The position numbers and the translations under genes are program-made. From Octopus sinensis (taxonomy: Eukaryota), in assembly GCF_006345805.1 (NCBI RefSeq), contig NC_043013.1, positions 17,484,001 through 17,548,000 of the forward strand: 64,000 nucleotides of DNA. The letters are read 5' to 3'. Under the pieces are notes generated by a model. The model did not search any database, had not been told where the DNA came from, and saw only the letters and a list, made by a program, of their open reading frames with translations. This document shows positions 25,613-38,842 of the stretch, in pieces. The first letter of the stretch is position 1, and each line of letters starts with the position of its first letter.

Positions 25613-25703
25613 AGAGCTACTAATAGTTTCATGCTATTATGATACTTGAACAGGCATGTTTATAAAATACACCATGTCTCTTAAAGCAAATCTTTCTGGC
25701 TCT
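25613..25703 (-). ncRNA. Decayed long-stem-II hammerhead motif
   Basis: Minus strand: AGAGC-[CAGAAAGA]-UUUGCU...AGCAU-GAAA-CUAUUAG-UA-GCUCU. Stems I and III pair; the CUGANGA box is mutated. Confidence 0.45.
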
Positions 25704-27332
25704 GTTTATGAATTATATATAAATAAGAAGAAAAAAGGGATTAAAAAATAGGTTAAAGCTAAATGAATACACACACAAACATTCGCACTTCCTTGGTTAC
25801 ATTGCATTTTGTGAACAAACACATTAAAGCAGTGAGGACTCTTTGGTCTCCTGGGATAAAGGGTGACCCCATTAGTGCCGGTGCCACAGTTAAATCATTC
25901 AGTACTTTCTCTTTAAGTGACTGGTAAATGTGCTGAGACAGTGTAAGATCGAGAAGATCCTTTTGTCTTATCAAAGATATTATAATCACTCTAGTACTGG
26001 TGCCATAAATGCATTCAGTACCCTCTAAAGGGGTTAGTGATAAAAATGGCATCCAGCCCAAGAAACCAAGCTAAAAATGAAACCTGGTCCTTGAGCCATC
26101 TTGGAGGGCAATAACTCCAAATAGAAGCTGATTCAAACTCATATATATATATATATATATCTTTTTTGTTCTTTCTTTGATCTGACCCATTCTGTATGTT
26201 ACAGTCTATTCATGCCTACCATGTCTGTCTCAAGGATACAATGGTGTTTTTTGGACAATTTCAGTGACAAGTTTTTTTTTTTCTGAAAAGTGTTTGCTAG
26301 CCTCTATCCCAGGACCTCCCCTTTACCTGGAGCCAGCTATCATCTCTCTTTGTATGACAGTAACTCGGCAGGCATCAACATGAGAGGAATTGATGAGTTT
26401 CAGTAAATTTGTATTTCATTGATTTGACCCCAGAAGAATGACAGGCCAGCTTGACATCAGTGGGATATGAAATCAGACTTCTTAGGGCAGAACAGTTACG
26501 AGACATTTGTCTAATATCAGAATTGTTCTGCTACTGGGGACACACACACATTTGGTTTGGTGTCAGTAGACTGAAAGCAGTTACTGTATTTGATGATGAC
26601 ATATATGACAGTGTTTTCTAAAAGAAAAAATAATTCAAAAATATCCTAGATCCTACATGCAAAATGGGACTACTCATCAGCTAATTTTGTCCCTAATGAT
26701 CACCACTATAGTCTAATCCAGAAATTAGACTGCACTTAATATGCCTCTGCATCTTCTATGCCATGACATTCAATAAACAAAACCCAATTGATCAAAGTAC
26801 CAGTTGTTTTAATTACAATCAAATTATTCAAAATATTGAGAAAATAACAGGAAATAGATTAAAGCTAAAATTTTATATTGTTATTGTTTATTAAAATAGT
26901 TTTAATTAAATGTTATATAATTGTTTGTGGGAGGAGGTCATGGTTGAAAACCTGGTGGTGTTTATTTTAAAATCTGTAGTCAGAGATGGTTAAGTGCTGC
27001 CAGTAATTCTACCGTATGAAGACAGCTGTTCAAAGAAATTATATAGAATTTTTTTTTTTAAATAACAACCCATTCAAATGATTCATTATGGGTGAGTGTA
27101 AATAATTGATTGATAATATCAGTGTATTTTTGAAATAATTCACTGAACTTTTTAAAGAAATCTGAAGAATCTCAAGATTAATTAACATTTTAATCAGTTG
27201 TTTTGCAACATTTTCATAAGAGTTTTCTAATATTTGCTTTAATTTGATTCAAGCAACACAATCCAATCATTTGTTTTAGGAGTTTTAAAAATAAATTTTG
27301 ATAAACTGGCTGTGTTTGATAAACTGGCTGTG

Positions 27333-27963
27333 CACGTAAAAAGCACCCACTACACTCACGGAGTGGTTGGCGTTAGGAAGGGCATCAAGCTGTAGAAACA
27401 CTGCCAGATCAGACTGGAGCCTGGTGTAGCCTTTTGGCTTCCCATATCCCCGGTCAAACTGTCCCACCCATGCTAGCATGGAAAACGGACGTTAAACGAT
27501 GATATGTGCTAAACTCTGCTGTTGAGGCAAGTGAAATCGAAATCAAATTCCATGACTGGCATCCATGCTAGTGGAGTGCTAAGATCACCATCCGAGCGTG
27601 GTCATTGCCAGAGCAGCTAACTGGCTTCCATGCTGGTGGCACATAAAAAGCACCATTTGAGCAAGATAGCTACCAGCATCGCCTTACTGGCACGTGAACA
27701 AAACATTCAAGCGAGGTCATTGCCAGTGCCACTGGACTGGTTCCTATGCAGATGACACGTAAAAAACACCATTTGAGCATGGCTGTTGCCAGTGCTGGTG
27801 GCATGTAAAAGCACCTGCTACACTCTCGGAGTGGTTGGCATTAGGAAGGGCATCCAGCTGTAGAAACTCTGCCAGATCAGATTGGAGCCTGGTTTGCCAG
27901 TCCTCAGTCAAATTGTCCAACCCATGGTAGCATGGAAAGCAGACGTTAAACGATGATGATGAT
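27333..27963 (+). mobile_element. Two adjacent SINE family A copies (27333-27502 and ~27520-27963)
   Basis: Two tails and repeated internal modules. Confidence 0.85.
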
Positions 27964-29078
27964 ATATATATATATATATATTGTTTGTAGCTCCTACTAA
28001 TTAGCCACGAACCTTCTCTGCTTCCCCACTTCTCTCAAACTTTAAACTATCCCCCATCTCCTAGCATGAAGGCAACTTTTACTAATGCTGGTGGCAGGAA
28101 AAAAGGCACCCAGTACACTCTGTAAAGTGGTTGATATTTCAAAGAGCATCCTGCAGTCTTTAGATGCATTAAATTCTGACAAACTGTCTAACCTATTCCA
28201 GCATGGATATTATAAGAAGAGAAAAAATATACTTTTAACTGAAATGCAATAAGAGGACACTGTCCATCTTTGTCTGAAAGAATGCATATTGCAAGAAAAG
28301 ATGAGAAATGTAGTGAATGACCATCTTCTTATATGTTTGGGGTAATGTGTATTGTGTGTATGCATGCATGTATGGGGTAATATGCTCAAATGTATGCTGT
28401 AATATATTTAAATTTATATACGTATAAGGTAATGTTTATGGATGTATATATGAGGTAAAACAATTTTTAACAGTAGAGAACTCAATCCAAAGATGTAGAG
28501 TCTAATAATTTTAGCCAAAATATTTGATTAACCATTGATCGCATTACTACTGCTAGTTTCACCGTCCATTTGTTCATCAGGGACATGACACGAATCTACC
28601 TCAATGCTGTGAATCTTGAGGTCATGTGACTTGACAGTTAATGAAGGTTTTCTTACATTCACAAAATGTATCTACATATCCACATTTTACACTTGCCTTT
28701 TTAAGTGTGTGTGTTTGTGTGGAGAAACAGTCCAGTTGCAGAATGGTCAAGTGGCAAACAAGAGCACCTGGATTAGAGTCGATTCTCTTTGATTTCTTGG
28801 GTTCAAATAATGTCACAGTTGAATTGACCATTTTACTAATCTAGGTATGAATAAGAAATAATGAAAATCTTGTACTAGGGGAGTGGGGCGGAGACAATCT
28901 GTTGCTTATGTAGTAGGTCAAGATACCAATAAGGGGCAGGACCAAAGAGGGTGTGATGGGAGTGGATTTCAAAGAAGTGATATGGCTGATGTGGGCTGTG
29001 GCACCTTGGCTCTATATGTCCATTTAATTAACCCCTTTGATACCAGCCCTGATTATAGATACAAATTTCCTGGTTTAA

Positions 29079-29298
29079 CCCTTTAGTGTTTAAACCGGCC
29101 ATATTCGGCCCAAATATTCTACATGTTTTATATTCAAACTGGCCATATCTAGCCTCTCACACCTAACCTACAGTGACATTCTAAAAATAAACAATTACAT
29201 CATTGAAACCTCAAAGCTATAAGATAATGCATGATTAATTCAAAACAATTTGAGCGAAAAAGTATTACATTTAATAGAGTAATCTGAACACTAAAGGG
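29079..29298. mobile_element. piggyBac-type MITE with TTAA target duplication, nested in an older related element starting at 29032
   Basis: TTAA-CCCTTTAGTGTT ... AACACTAAAGGG-TTAA. A related copy lies in reverse at ~31765-31932 and a similar element at ~1122-1341. Confidence 0.8.
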
Positions 29299-32200
29299 TT
29301 AAAGTAATCTAAATTAAAAGATCCCATCAAAATTCTATGTTAATTTCTGTTCTTAATGAATAAGTTATTTTACGAAATCCTTCCTAATTTTCATAATTAA
29401 TTAAAATGAACACAATTTATTTATTCGGTCTGATACCAACCTGGCTGAGACCACCCTTGGTTCTCTGATCTGAGCTTTTTGTTTTAAAGTTATCAAGATT
29501 TCAAACTTTTTACCAAAATTTCATGTTTATTTATGTTGCGGACACTAATCAAAATTAATTAAAAACAAAAGCAGTGTATTTCAGCAGAAATATTGAAACA
29601 AAAGGATTAATAATTATAAGGTTATTTTATTAAATTCTTAATTATTTTCTAAATTGAAACAAAGGCAATGTATTTCAACAGAAATAGGATAACAAAAGGG
29701 TTTTGTATGTTGTAGAATTCTTGATATTGGACCAAAAGCACAAATCTGATGGCTTTGGAAAAAAGACATGAAGCATCACTGCTTCACCATTTTCATCTAA
29801 CCAAACACCTTTACAACTCTTTCAGAGATGCATGTCTAGCAAATTAGGAAATGTTTTTAATTATCCAAATTACTGATAATTTATAGCCTTAAAGGAAGTC
29901 AATATGACTGCATTTTTACCAAATAGTTGTTTTAGTGTGGTAGTACTCCAGTATGGCCAGAAAGTTATTTGTACTGACTAAAAGACAATGATTTGTTGTT
30001 TTTTTTTTGTTTTGTTTTTTTTTTCTTATTCTATAAATTCTAAGTTATATATTTCAATAAATCGTAAATAAATAAATTTTTTAAAACAGTAATTAAAATT
30101 GCGATAATGTACAAATTCTATTTTGTTTGAAATCTAAAAGTACATTTTTTTTTTTTCAAAAGTAATAAATTTATATAAATAAATAAACTTATCATTGTTT
30201 TTTTTTTCTTTTCAAAGTGCTTTATATAATTAGAATAAACATAATTATTTCTTTAGCTATTTAGCTCTTCTATAACAAAAACCTTCGCTGCCCCACTTTC
30301 TTATTTCATATCTTAACCCTCCTCTCATAAAGCCCTCCACTTGAGTTTGTAGTCTTGCAAGTTGCACAGCAACCTTACTAGTACTGGTAGCACAGATAAA
30401 AAAAAAGCAGCAGGTACATACTCGGAAGTGGTTGGCATGAAGAAAGGCATCCAGTCATGGAGATCATGCCATAACAGACACTGGAGCATGATGCAGTTCT
30501 TAGACCTATGCCAGCATGGAACACTGATGTTAAATGACGGTGATATTGATAAGAGCATGTCTCATAGCTATTTTTTTCGGCCACTCTTTTAGATAGTGGA
30601 GATTTAAGTGAATGAGTGATATTAATGGATTTGGTGTTTTATTTGAATTGTTTCAAAATAGCTTAAATGAATCTCCTAAATCTTATGAACCAGTGATTGA
30701 GGAGTTTCAGAAACATACTCTTTTAGAGGTAATGACTGAAAAATTGTTTAAAGAATTACGTTTAGTACTCAATATGCAACTTCGATGGTATCTCATAATA
30801 TTAGATGTATATTGTACAAGGCTTGGTTGTGACATGACAATAGTAGTAGTAGTAGTAATATGTATATTTTGTGACATCATTGAGATAGCTGTTCTATTTT
30901 TTGTTCTTGTTTGTCTTGTAATGTCCCTCTCTATGTAAGATCGTTTTTGATCATAAAGATTCCATTAAGATAGCTGTTACATCATGTTGATATAAAATAC
31001 GTATTATCAAGACTATTGGCCGAGACATCACACCAGCAGTAAGATGTGACATCATAATGGCAGTAAGAGGTGTATTATGCAAGACTGTTGATTGAGACAT
31101 CACAACAGCAGAAAGAGTTATATCAGACAGATTGTTGTGACATCAGAATGGTAATAAGATGAGGAATGCTGTTATGTCAAATGGGTTAAGTGAAGAAAAG
31201 CAGCATTTCGTTCTTCCAATTTTTAAAACAAATTTTAAATATTCATTTTTTTTTTTTGTTTTTTGTTTTTTTTTTAGATATTGTTGAAATGTGTATTTTA
31301 CTGTTTTCCTTTCTAGTACCCACCCATGCCCAAACTACTAGAACTAGCAGTCAAATCATGCTCTATTGCTTTTAAAAAAAATGGAGGGATGAATTATATA
31401 AAATAGTTGCAGCTAAAAATCTTTTGATTATAAATCTGTTTGACCAGGGCTGACATGGAACTAAACTTTCATTTTTACAAGTGAGTCATCCAGATTAAAC
31501 CTTCTTCATAATCACCAAGCAAACCATTATGGTAAGATATATATAATCACTAAATAGGCCAACAAGGTTAGCCATTATATACAAATCTAGATTTTGGGGT
31601 CTAACTGATCAAAACCCTCCTATCTCATAACATTGCACAATGCAACAAGCAAAGCTAATCTTCTATAATCCTATTTATTAGTTTATAATGCATCATTTTG
31701 TGTAAAATAAATTTATATTTACTTAGAAATAATGTAAAAGAACAAACCATTGTATTCACATTGTTTTGAATTAATCATGCATTATCTCATGCCTTTGAGA
31801 TTTCAATTATGTGATTGTTTATTTTTAGAATGATATTGTAGGGTAGGTATGAGAGATTAGATCTGGCCAGTTTGAACATAAAACAATTTGAATATTTAGG
31901 CTGGATTTAGCCACTTTAAACGCTAAAGAGTTGAAACTCTCTCCCTCACTACTGCAACCTCATTTTGTCAAAGGGGAGTCTTGCAAGTTTACATGGCAAC
32001 CTCACTGGTGCTGGTGCCACAAAAATGAAGCACCCACTATGTACTACGGTGCTTTGCATTAGGAAAGGCATCTATCCATAGAAACCATTCCAAAATAAAC
32101 ATTAAAACAGATTGTAGTCCTTTGGCTTGATGGATCCTGTCAAAAAAGTCTTGATTCTTCTGGTGAGGGTGAGCAAGCATTTGTATATTATATATATGGA

Positions 32201-32299
32201 GTTTTATGATAATCACTTAATCTTCTCAATGTAATGACTAAATTTTCCTCAATAAATTTCACTGGAGCTATCACGGTTCTAATATCTACATGTATCAGC

Positions 32300-32480
32300 C
32301 AGGCAAAATGCTTAGCATTTCATCCATTTTCACACTCTGAGTTCAAATTCCTCCAAGGTCAACTTTGCCTTTCTTCCTTTCAGGGTCAATAAAATAAGTA
32401 CCAGTCAAACATTCAGATCAAGACAATCAACTTACCCTTTCCTCCGAACTTGCTGGTCTTATGCCAAAATTTGAAATCAA
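32300..32480 (+). mobile_element. SINE family B copy
   Basis: Central domain and 3' part match. Confidence 0.72.
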
Positions 32481-33789
32481 TATTTACTTGTCATTTAACT
32501 TTGTCCCTGCTAACTTACCCTCAGTTTTGACATGAGCTGCCGCAGTCAAATCTCTGTAGGGTCACTTGATATTATTATTAGTTAAATTCATCTCAATTTT
32601 TTATTAATATTTTAGTCAGGGAGGAAGACAATCCTCGTGATCCTTGACAGAACCTCTGAGCCTAGTTTCAAGGGAAGGAGAAAGGTATCCTCAAACTGGA
32701 AATCTGGCCCAAATACTTGCAACAGAGTGGAATCCACTAAAAGTGCTCAAGGTCCAAAGGTAGCCAAGGACTGTTTTTTTTTGTTCACCTGGGTGTCAAC
32801 AGAATGCACTCCACTAACGATACCCAATGTAACAGGAGGTAGTGTTAAAGCAGCTCATGGATTACATCTCTGTTTCCATTGAAACACACTGTTTGTTTCA
32901 ATTATATTTAAAAGTAATTAAGAATTTGGAGGTATTTAATAGAATAAATAACTTTTTTTGTTTATTAAGCTGGTATTTGGAGTATAACTTTAAATTTTCC
33001 AAACAGAATATTAAAATAGTTTTAATTTGAGATATAAATATTTTAAAACAGTTTTGTTATATAGAACAAGAGGTAGCCTCAAGTGGGTTGGTATCATATG
33101 AGATTAATAAAGGACATCCAGAGCTGTTGCCAGCTTCCATGGAGTCAACCAAAGGTTTCATCCAGTAGAATCAGATTTTTGGTGCGTAAATATACATGAG
33201 TGGTACCACTACTTCACTAATTTGTAACCAATTCCAAGAGAGAAGAAATAAAGAATGAACTCTAGTAGCTGGTTGTTTATTTATCTGCTGCAGAAGGATG
33301 AAAGGCAAACTTAAACCCAAAGTGCCAAGAGTTGCTACGAATACTGTAAGGTATCTATCCCAGTATGATCGGGGTATGTGTTTTATTTATATTCTTATTT
33401 AACATTTACATTAATAACTGTAGATGTAGTCTGGCCAAATGGTTAAAACATTATTTTCTATGGTCTCAGGTCAATTCATGTCTTGTGAATGAAATTAGAT
33501 AGAAACTGTTGCAAAGTCCTGTTAGGTGGATTGTATCTGTTATTGAAAAGATAAAGCCTTGTCACACACTGATTATGTCTGAGAGATTATTAAGGCTACA
33601 CTTGTCTGGAATATCCAGCCACTTACATATTAATTCAGAAACGGATAATTCAGTTGATCAACTGATTCTGCCTTATGAACAATAGGGACCCACCACCATA
33701 TTAAAAAAAAACTGACATGTAAAAGTGTCACTTGGCATTGAACGCAAGACTTACAACGAGTACTCTGGTAGTTTGTATTTTGAGTTCGA

Positions 33790-34067
33790 ATCCATTGACA
33801 TTGAGGATCGCGGTTTCGATTCCCAGACCAGGCGTTGTGCGTGTTTAAGCGAAAACACCTAAAGCTCCACGAGGCTCTGGCAGGGAGTGGTGGCGATCCC
33901 CGTTGTACTCTTTCGCCCCAACTTTCTCTCACTCTCACTTCCTGTTTCTTGGGCAACGCTGCAATGGACTGGCATCCCGTCCAGCTGGAGGGAACACATA
34001 CACCCGGGAAACCGAGCCCATGAGCCTGGCTAGGCTTGAAAAAGGCGCATAAATAAATAAAAATACA
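33790..34067 (+). mobile_element. SINE family D copy
   Basis: GGTTTCGATTCCCAGACC B-box; AAAACACCTAAAGCTCCACGAGGCTC shared with 48425-48722(-) and 49441-49750(+). Confidence 0.8.
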
Positions 34068-34214
34068 AAATATTTCACGTAAACCCGGCGTTTCTACCTT
34101 TAAAAACAAGGAGTTACACCCTTTTTACTTGTGTGATTTTTTGCTACCCTGGTAACTATTTGTCTATTTTTTTCCATGTTAATTGTTAACAAGGGAAAAA
34201 TACACACATCTATA

Positions 34215-34261
<47 letters not shown>

Positions 34262-34289
34262 ACATATATATATATATATATACAGATAG

Positions 34290-34710
34290 ATAGCTTGTGA
34301 AGACCCATTGAGGCAAGTGAGGATCAGAATCGAAATCGATCAATGGAAATTGCAGATGTGTTACCAGTGCCGGTGGCATGTAAGAGAACTTTCCGTTTCG
34401 CGACCGTTGCCAGCACCGCCCCGTTTCGTGTCCGTTGCCAGCCTCGCCTGGCCCTCGTGCCGGTGGCACATAAAAAGCACCATCCGTTCGTGGCCGTTTG
34501 CCAGCTCTGTCTGGCACCAGTGCGGGTGGCACGTAAAAAGCACCCACTACACTCACGGAGTGGTTGGTGTTAGGAAGGGCATCCAGCCGTAGAAACACTG
34601 CCAGATTTGACTGGGCCTGATGAAGCCTTCTGGCTTCACAGACCCCAGTAGAACCGTCCAACCCATGCTAGCATGGAAAACGGACGCTAAATGATGATGA
34701 TGATGATGAT
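34290..34710 (+). mobile_element. SINE family A copy, long modular form
   Basis: Repeated GTGCCGGTGGCA modules, then the standard tail. Confidence 0.88.
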
Positions 34711-36062
34711 AGATAGATATAATCCATTAGTTTCAGTGATGAGAATTCAGTTGTTCGTTAACTGAACCACTTGCTCTTTGAATTAGCATGTTTAAGTGGC
34801 TAGGTATTCCACAGGCACATGTACCTTTAGCATAATCCTCAGATAAAAATCATTGTTATACAGTGTATATGACAAGGCTGAATCTTTGAATCACCAGCAT
34901 AATCTATCTGATGGGCTTCAAGAATATTTTTGTCTACCCAATTTCGCTTAGAAAAGACAGGTGGAATGAAAGCTATATATAGTAAAAGACCATTTGCGTA
35001 AGATGTGCAGTGAAACTGAACCTGTGACCTTGTGATTGTAAAGCAAATTTCTTAACCACTTGGCCTTGCTGCACCTATGATATATGAGTATACATACATT
35101 ATATTGCTCCTAAATACCCTCTCCGTCAGCTGAAAGGCCAATGTCCTATTCTCATTATACACCCTGTATGATTCCATTTAATAAGTTAATCAGCTTTCAA
35201 AAATGGAAAATAAAAAAATGCAACACCTGCTAATTGTATTACCTGAAAGTTGAAGCTTTTAAACCTAATCTGATTAAAACAAAACAAATTAAACATGCAT
35301 AAATAGACACATGCAATCCTAAATACTGTTGTTATGTTACTTTATACTTTGGTTTGGGTTTCTGGCCAAGAAAACCATAGTTTTAAATATAAAAACAATA
35401 ATTACTGTAACAAGTAATATTTTAGAAAATTATTTTATTTACTTTAGTGTTGGCCATTCACATATTTCACAAGCTTTAATAACATTTATGGTTGCTAGAT
35501 CTGTAGATGTTAGCAGTAATATACTTGGGTGAATTAATGATCCTGGTTGTTGAATTCACAGCATCTGTTGATCAGAACATTTTTACTGAGACTGTATAAC
35601 CACCACGCTGCTTCCCATGGCTTCACTTGTAATCCTAAGTCAGGTGGCTGTCAGTTGCTATGCCTTACCAAAGGGCAACCTGTGTTTGATACTTCTAATA
35701 TCTAAAGGCCATTCCTCTATCCACTACCCAGGAACTCACCAAACCACAGTTCTTTCTCCCATTATAAATATATGTAATTCCTTTCCCAAATAAATTGAAC
35801 TTAATACTTGAGACTCAAAAGGTGCTACTCAGGCACTCAACAATGAGTCCACTGCATCTCATAGCAGAAACAACTGTAAGCCAATGAAGTTCATAAGATA
35901 ATCATTTATTCCTTGGTCATCTCATTTTCTTATCTATATATATACTTACTACTCATATCTCGGCTACATGTGTTTCTTGAGGTTCATATATATATTTCCT
36001 CATTGAGAATAATTTGAACCCCTGTGATGCCGGAATGTTTATTCCCTAACAAATAAAATAAA

Positions 36063-36097
<35 letters not shown>

Positions 36098-36489
36098 GAT
36101 AGAGATAGATCAGAATACATTTTGCAGTGCTCAAGTGATTTAAACTTGAGCAGGTGAGGGAGGAAACATAAGGATAAGCAAGTTAGGCAAGTTGATATAC
36201 AAAAAATATTAAATACATTTGTTACAAAAAAATGTTTATGTATGTTTACATATAAAAATGTCCGACTTATATGGAATAGAGATGATATCAGGAATTAAAG
36301 GGGATGAATAAGAGTTTTACAAGTCCATAAAACTCCTATTCTACTACTTTAATTCCTGATATCATTTCTATTCTGTGTAAGTCAAACCTTATTATATGTA
36401 AACCCATGGACATTTTTAGTATTAGATGTAATATTTTTTGTATATTGACTTGCGGAGCTTGCTTACCCTTACATTTCCTCATAAATGTA

Positions 36490-36838
36490 TATCAGAGTTG
36501 GAGACCCCTTTTGGTCACAAATGGCCATGAGATTGCACCTAGAAAGTTACCCTCTAAGGCACAAGTCCGGGCAACATTGTTTATGGAAGACCAGCAGTCA
36601 CTCATGCGTACCAGCCTCCCCTCTCTACACCACTGATGTCATCCAAGGGGAAAGGCAAAAGGGGCTGATACAGCTTGGCACCAGTGATGTCACAACTCAT
36701 TTCTACAACTGAGTGAACTGGAGCAACGTAAAATAAAGTGTCTTGCTCAAGAACACAACATGCAGCCCAGTCCGGGATTCGAGCTCACAACCTCACGGTC
36801 ATAAGTTTGATGCTCTAACCACTGAGCTATGTGCCTTT
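36490..36838 (-). mobile_element. tRNA-derived SINE, family E
   Basis: Minus strand head GGCACATAGCTCAGTGGTTAGAGC...TCGAATCCCGG, then GTGTTCTTGAGCAAGACACTT core. Confidence 0.78.
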
Positions 36839-36840
36839 AC

Positions 36841-36877
<37 letters not shown>

Positions 36878-37142
36878 GAACATATGTATGTATGTGTAAT
36901 ATATACTCTTTACTCTTTTACTTGTTTCAGTCATTTGACTACAGCCATGCTGGAGCACCACCTTTAGTCGAGCAAATTGATCCCAGGACTTATTCTTCAG
37001 AAGCCTAGTACTTATTCTATTGGTCCCTTTTGCCGAATTGCTAAGTTACAAGGACGTAAACACACCGCCATCGGTTGTCAACTGATGTTGGGAGGACAAA
37101 CACACACACACAAACATATACACACACATACATACATATATA

Positions 37143-37295
37143 TGACGGGCTTGTTTCAGTTTCCCTCTACCAAATCCACTCACAAGGCTTTGGTCGACCC
37201 AAGGCTATAGTAGAAGACACTTGCCCAAGGTACCACACAGTGGGAATAAACCCGGAACCATGTGGCTGGTAAGCAAGCAACTTACCACACAGCCA
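37143..37295 (-). mobile_element. SINE family C head (tRNA-like plus CTTGGGCAAGTGTCTTCTACTATAGCC core); other copies at 5043-5175(-), 15505-15635(-), 38392-38540(+), 44795-44925(+), 62020-62180(+)
   Basis: Multi-copy within the window. Confidence 0.75.
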
Positions 37296-37847
37296 CTCCT
37301 GCGCTTATATATATAATATATGTATGTATATATATGTGTGTGTGTGTGTATCTATGTATCTGTTTTTGTCATACCTACCTATTTGCTTCACAACTGGTGT
37401 TGGTTTGTTTACATTCCCATAACTTAGTAGTTCAGCAAAAGTGTCCGATAGAATAACTACGAGACTTGAAAAAAAAATTACAAATGCTAGGAGCAATTTG
37501 TTTAACTAAAACCTTTCCAGGTGGTGCCCCAACATGGTCACAGTCCAAGTAAAGGATAAAAGATAAAAGGTATATATATAAACTACAACAGACAGAACTA
37601 CAATACATACATGCGATTAGGGGCCAGCAGATGGCCCTTATTTCTGATACTGAGTTATGTTACAGCTTGATTGGTCATAATCCGGCAGAGATTAGTAACA
37701 AAGCCAAATGTATGTGTGTCAATTGAGTAAGCAGACATAATCTGGATTTACATTTATATCACCTGTCAATTACGAGCAAACTTTTAGAAAATTGCATCTA
37801 CCTACTTACTGATCTATCTATCTATCATTGAAATACCCTTTTAAGGC

Positions 37848-38053
37848 TGCAAGCTGGCAGAATCGTTAGCACGCCGGGCGAAATGCGTAGCCGTATTTTG
37901 TCTGCCTTTACGTTCTGGGTTCAAATTCTGCCGAGGTCGACTGGGGTCAATAAATTAAGTACCAGTTACGCACTGGAGTCGATATAATTGACTTAATCCG
38001 TTTGTCTGTCCTTGTTTGTCCCCTCTGTGTTTCGCCCCTTGTGGGTAGTAAAG
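37848..38053 (+). mobile_element. SINE family B copy
   Basis: High similarity to 2703-2918. Confidence 0.8.
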
Positions 38054-38109
38054 AAATATATCTATCTATTTATCTGTCTGTCTGTCTGCCTGACTGCTTG
38101 TCTGTCTAT

Positions 38110-38330
38110 ATATGAGGGGTTGGGCGTGGCCATTGCTAGTACCGCCTGACTGGCTCCCGTGCCAGTGGCACGTAAAAGCACCCACTACACTCTCAGAGTG
38201 GTTGGCATTAGGAAGGGCATCCAGCTGTAGGAACTCTGCCAGATCAGATTGGAGTCTGGTTTGCCAGACCTCAGTCAAATCGTCCAACCCATGCCAGCAT
38301 GGAAAGCGGACGTTAAATGATGATGATGAT
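38110..38330 (+). mobile_element. SINE family A copy
   Basis: Body and tail match. Confidence 0.85.
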
Positions 38331-38345
38331 ATGTGTATATATATG

Positions 38346-38393
<48 letters not shown>

Positions 38394-38842
38394 TGCAAGC
38401 ATGGCTGTGTTGTAAGAGGTTTGCTTCCCAACCACATAGTTCCAGGTGGTAGCTTGGGCAAGTGTCTTCTACTGTAACCCAGGCCAATCAAAGCTACGTG
38501 AATGGATGTGGTAGATGGAAACTTAAAGAAGGCTACTGTATATGTGTGTGTGTGAATCCCCCAACCGCACCCCCACTTGACAACCAAAGTTGGTTTGTTT
38601 ATGCTGCCGTAACTTAGTGGTTTGGCAAAAAAGACTGATAAAATAAGTATCAGGCTTAAAAAAAATAAGTACGGGGGACAATTCATTCAACTGAAGCCCT
38701 TCAAGATGGTGCCCAAGAATTGCAGCAGTCCAATGAGTGAAACAAATAAAAGCTATTTTCACATGTTCATTAAAAAGGTCATACATAACATTTGGAATTA
38801 TCCAAAATACCCTATGGTGCACTAACAAAATTATGGATATCA

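Noticed and set aside
34617-34645. CUGAUGA/CUGACGA plus a hairpin within family A SINEs (also 51700)
   Set aside because: No downstream GAAA or UH site; other copies read CTGGTGCAGCC here, so these are point variants.
36765-36838. tRNA-like sequences (also the heads at 2703, 37848, 49441)
   Set aside because: They continue directly into SINE core and tail sequence and lack a clean acceptor stem; they are SINE heads, not tRNA genes.
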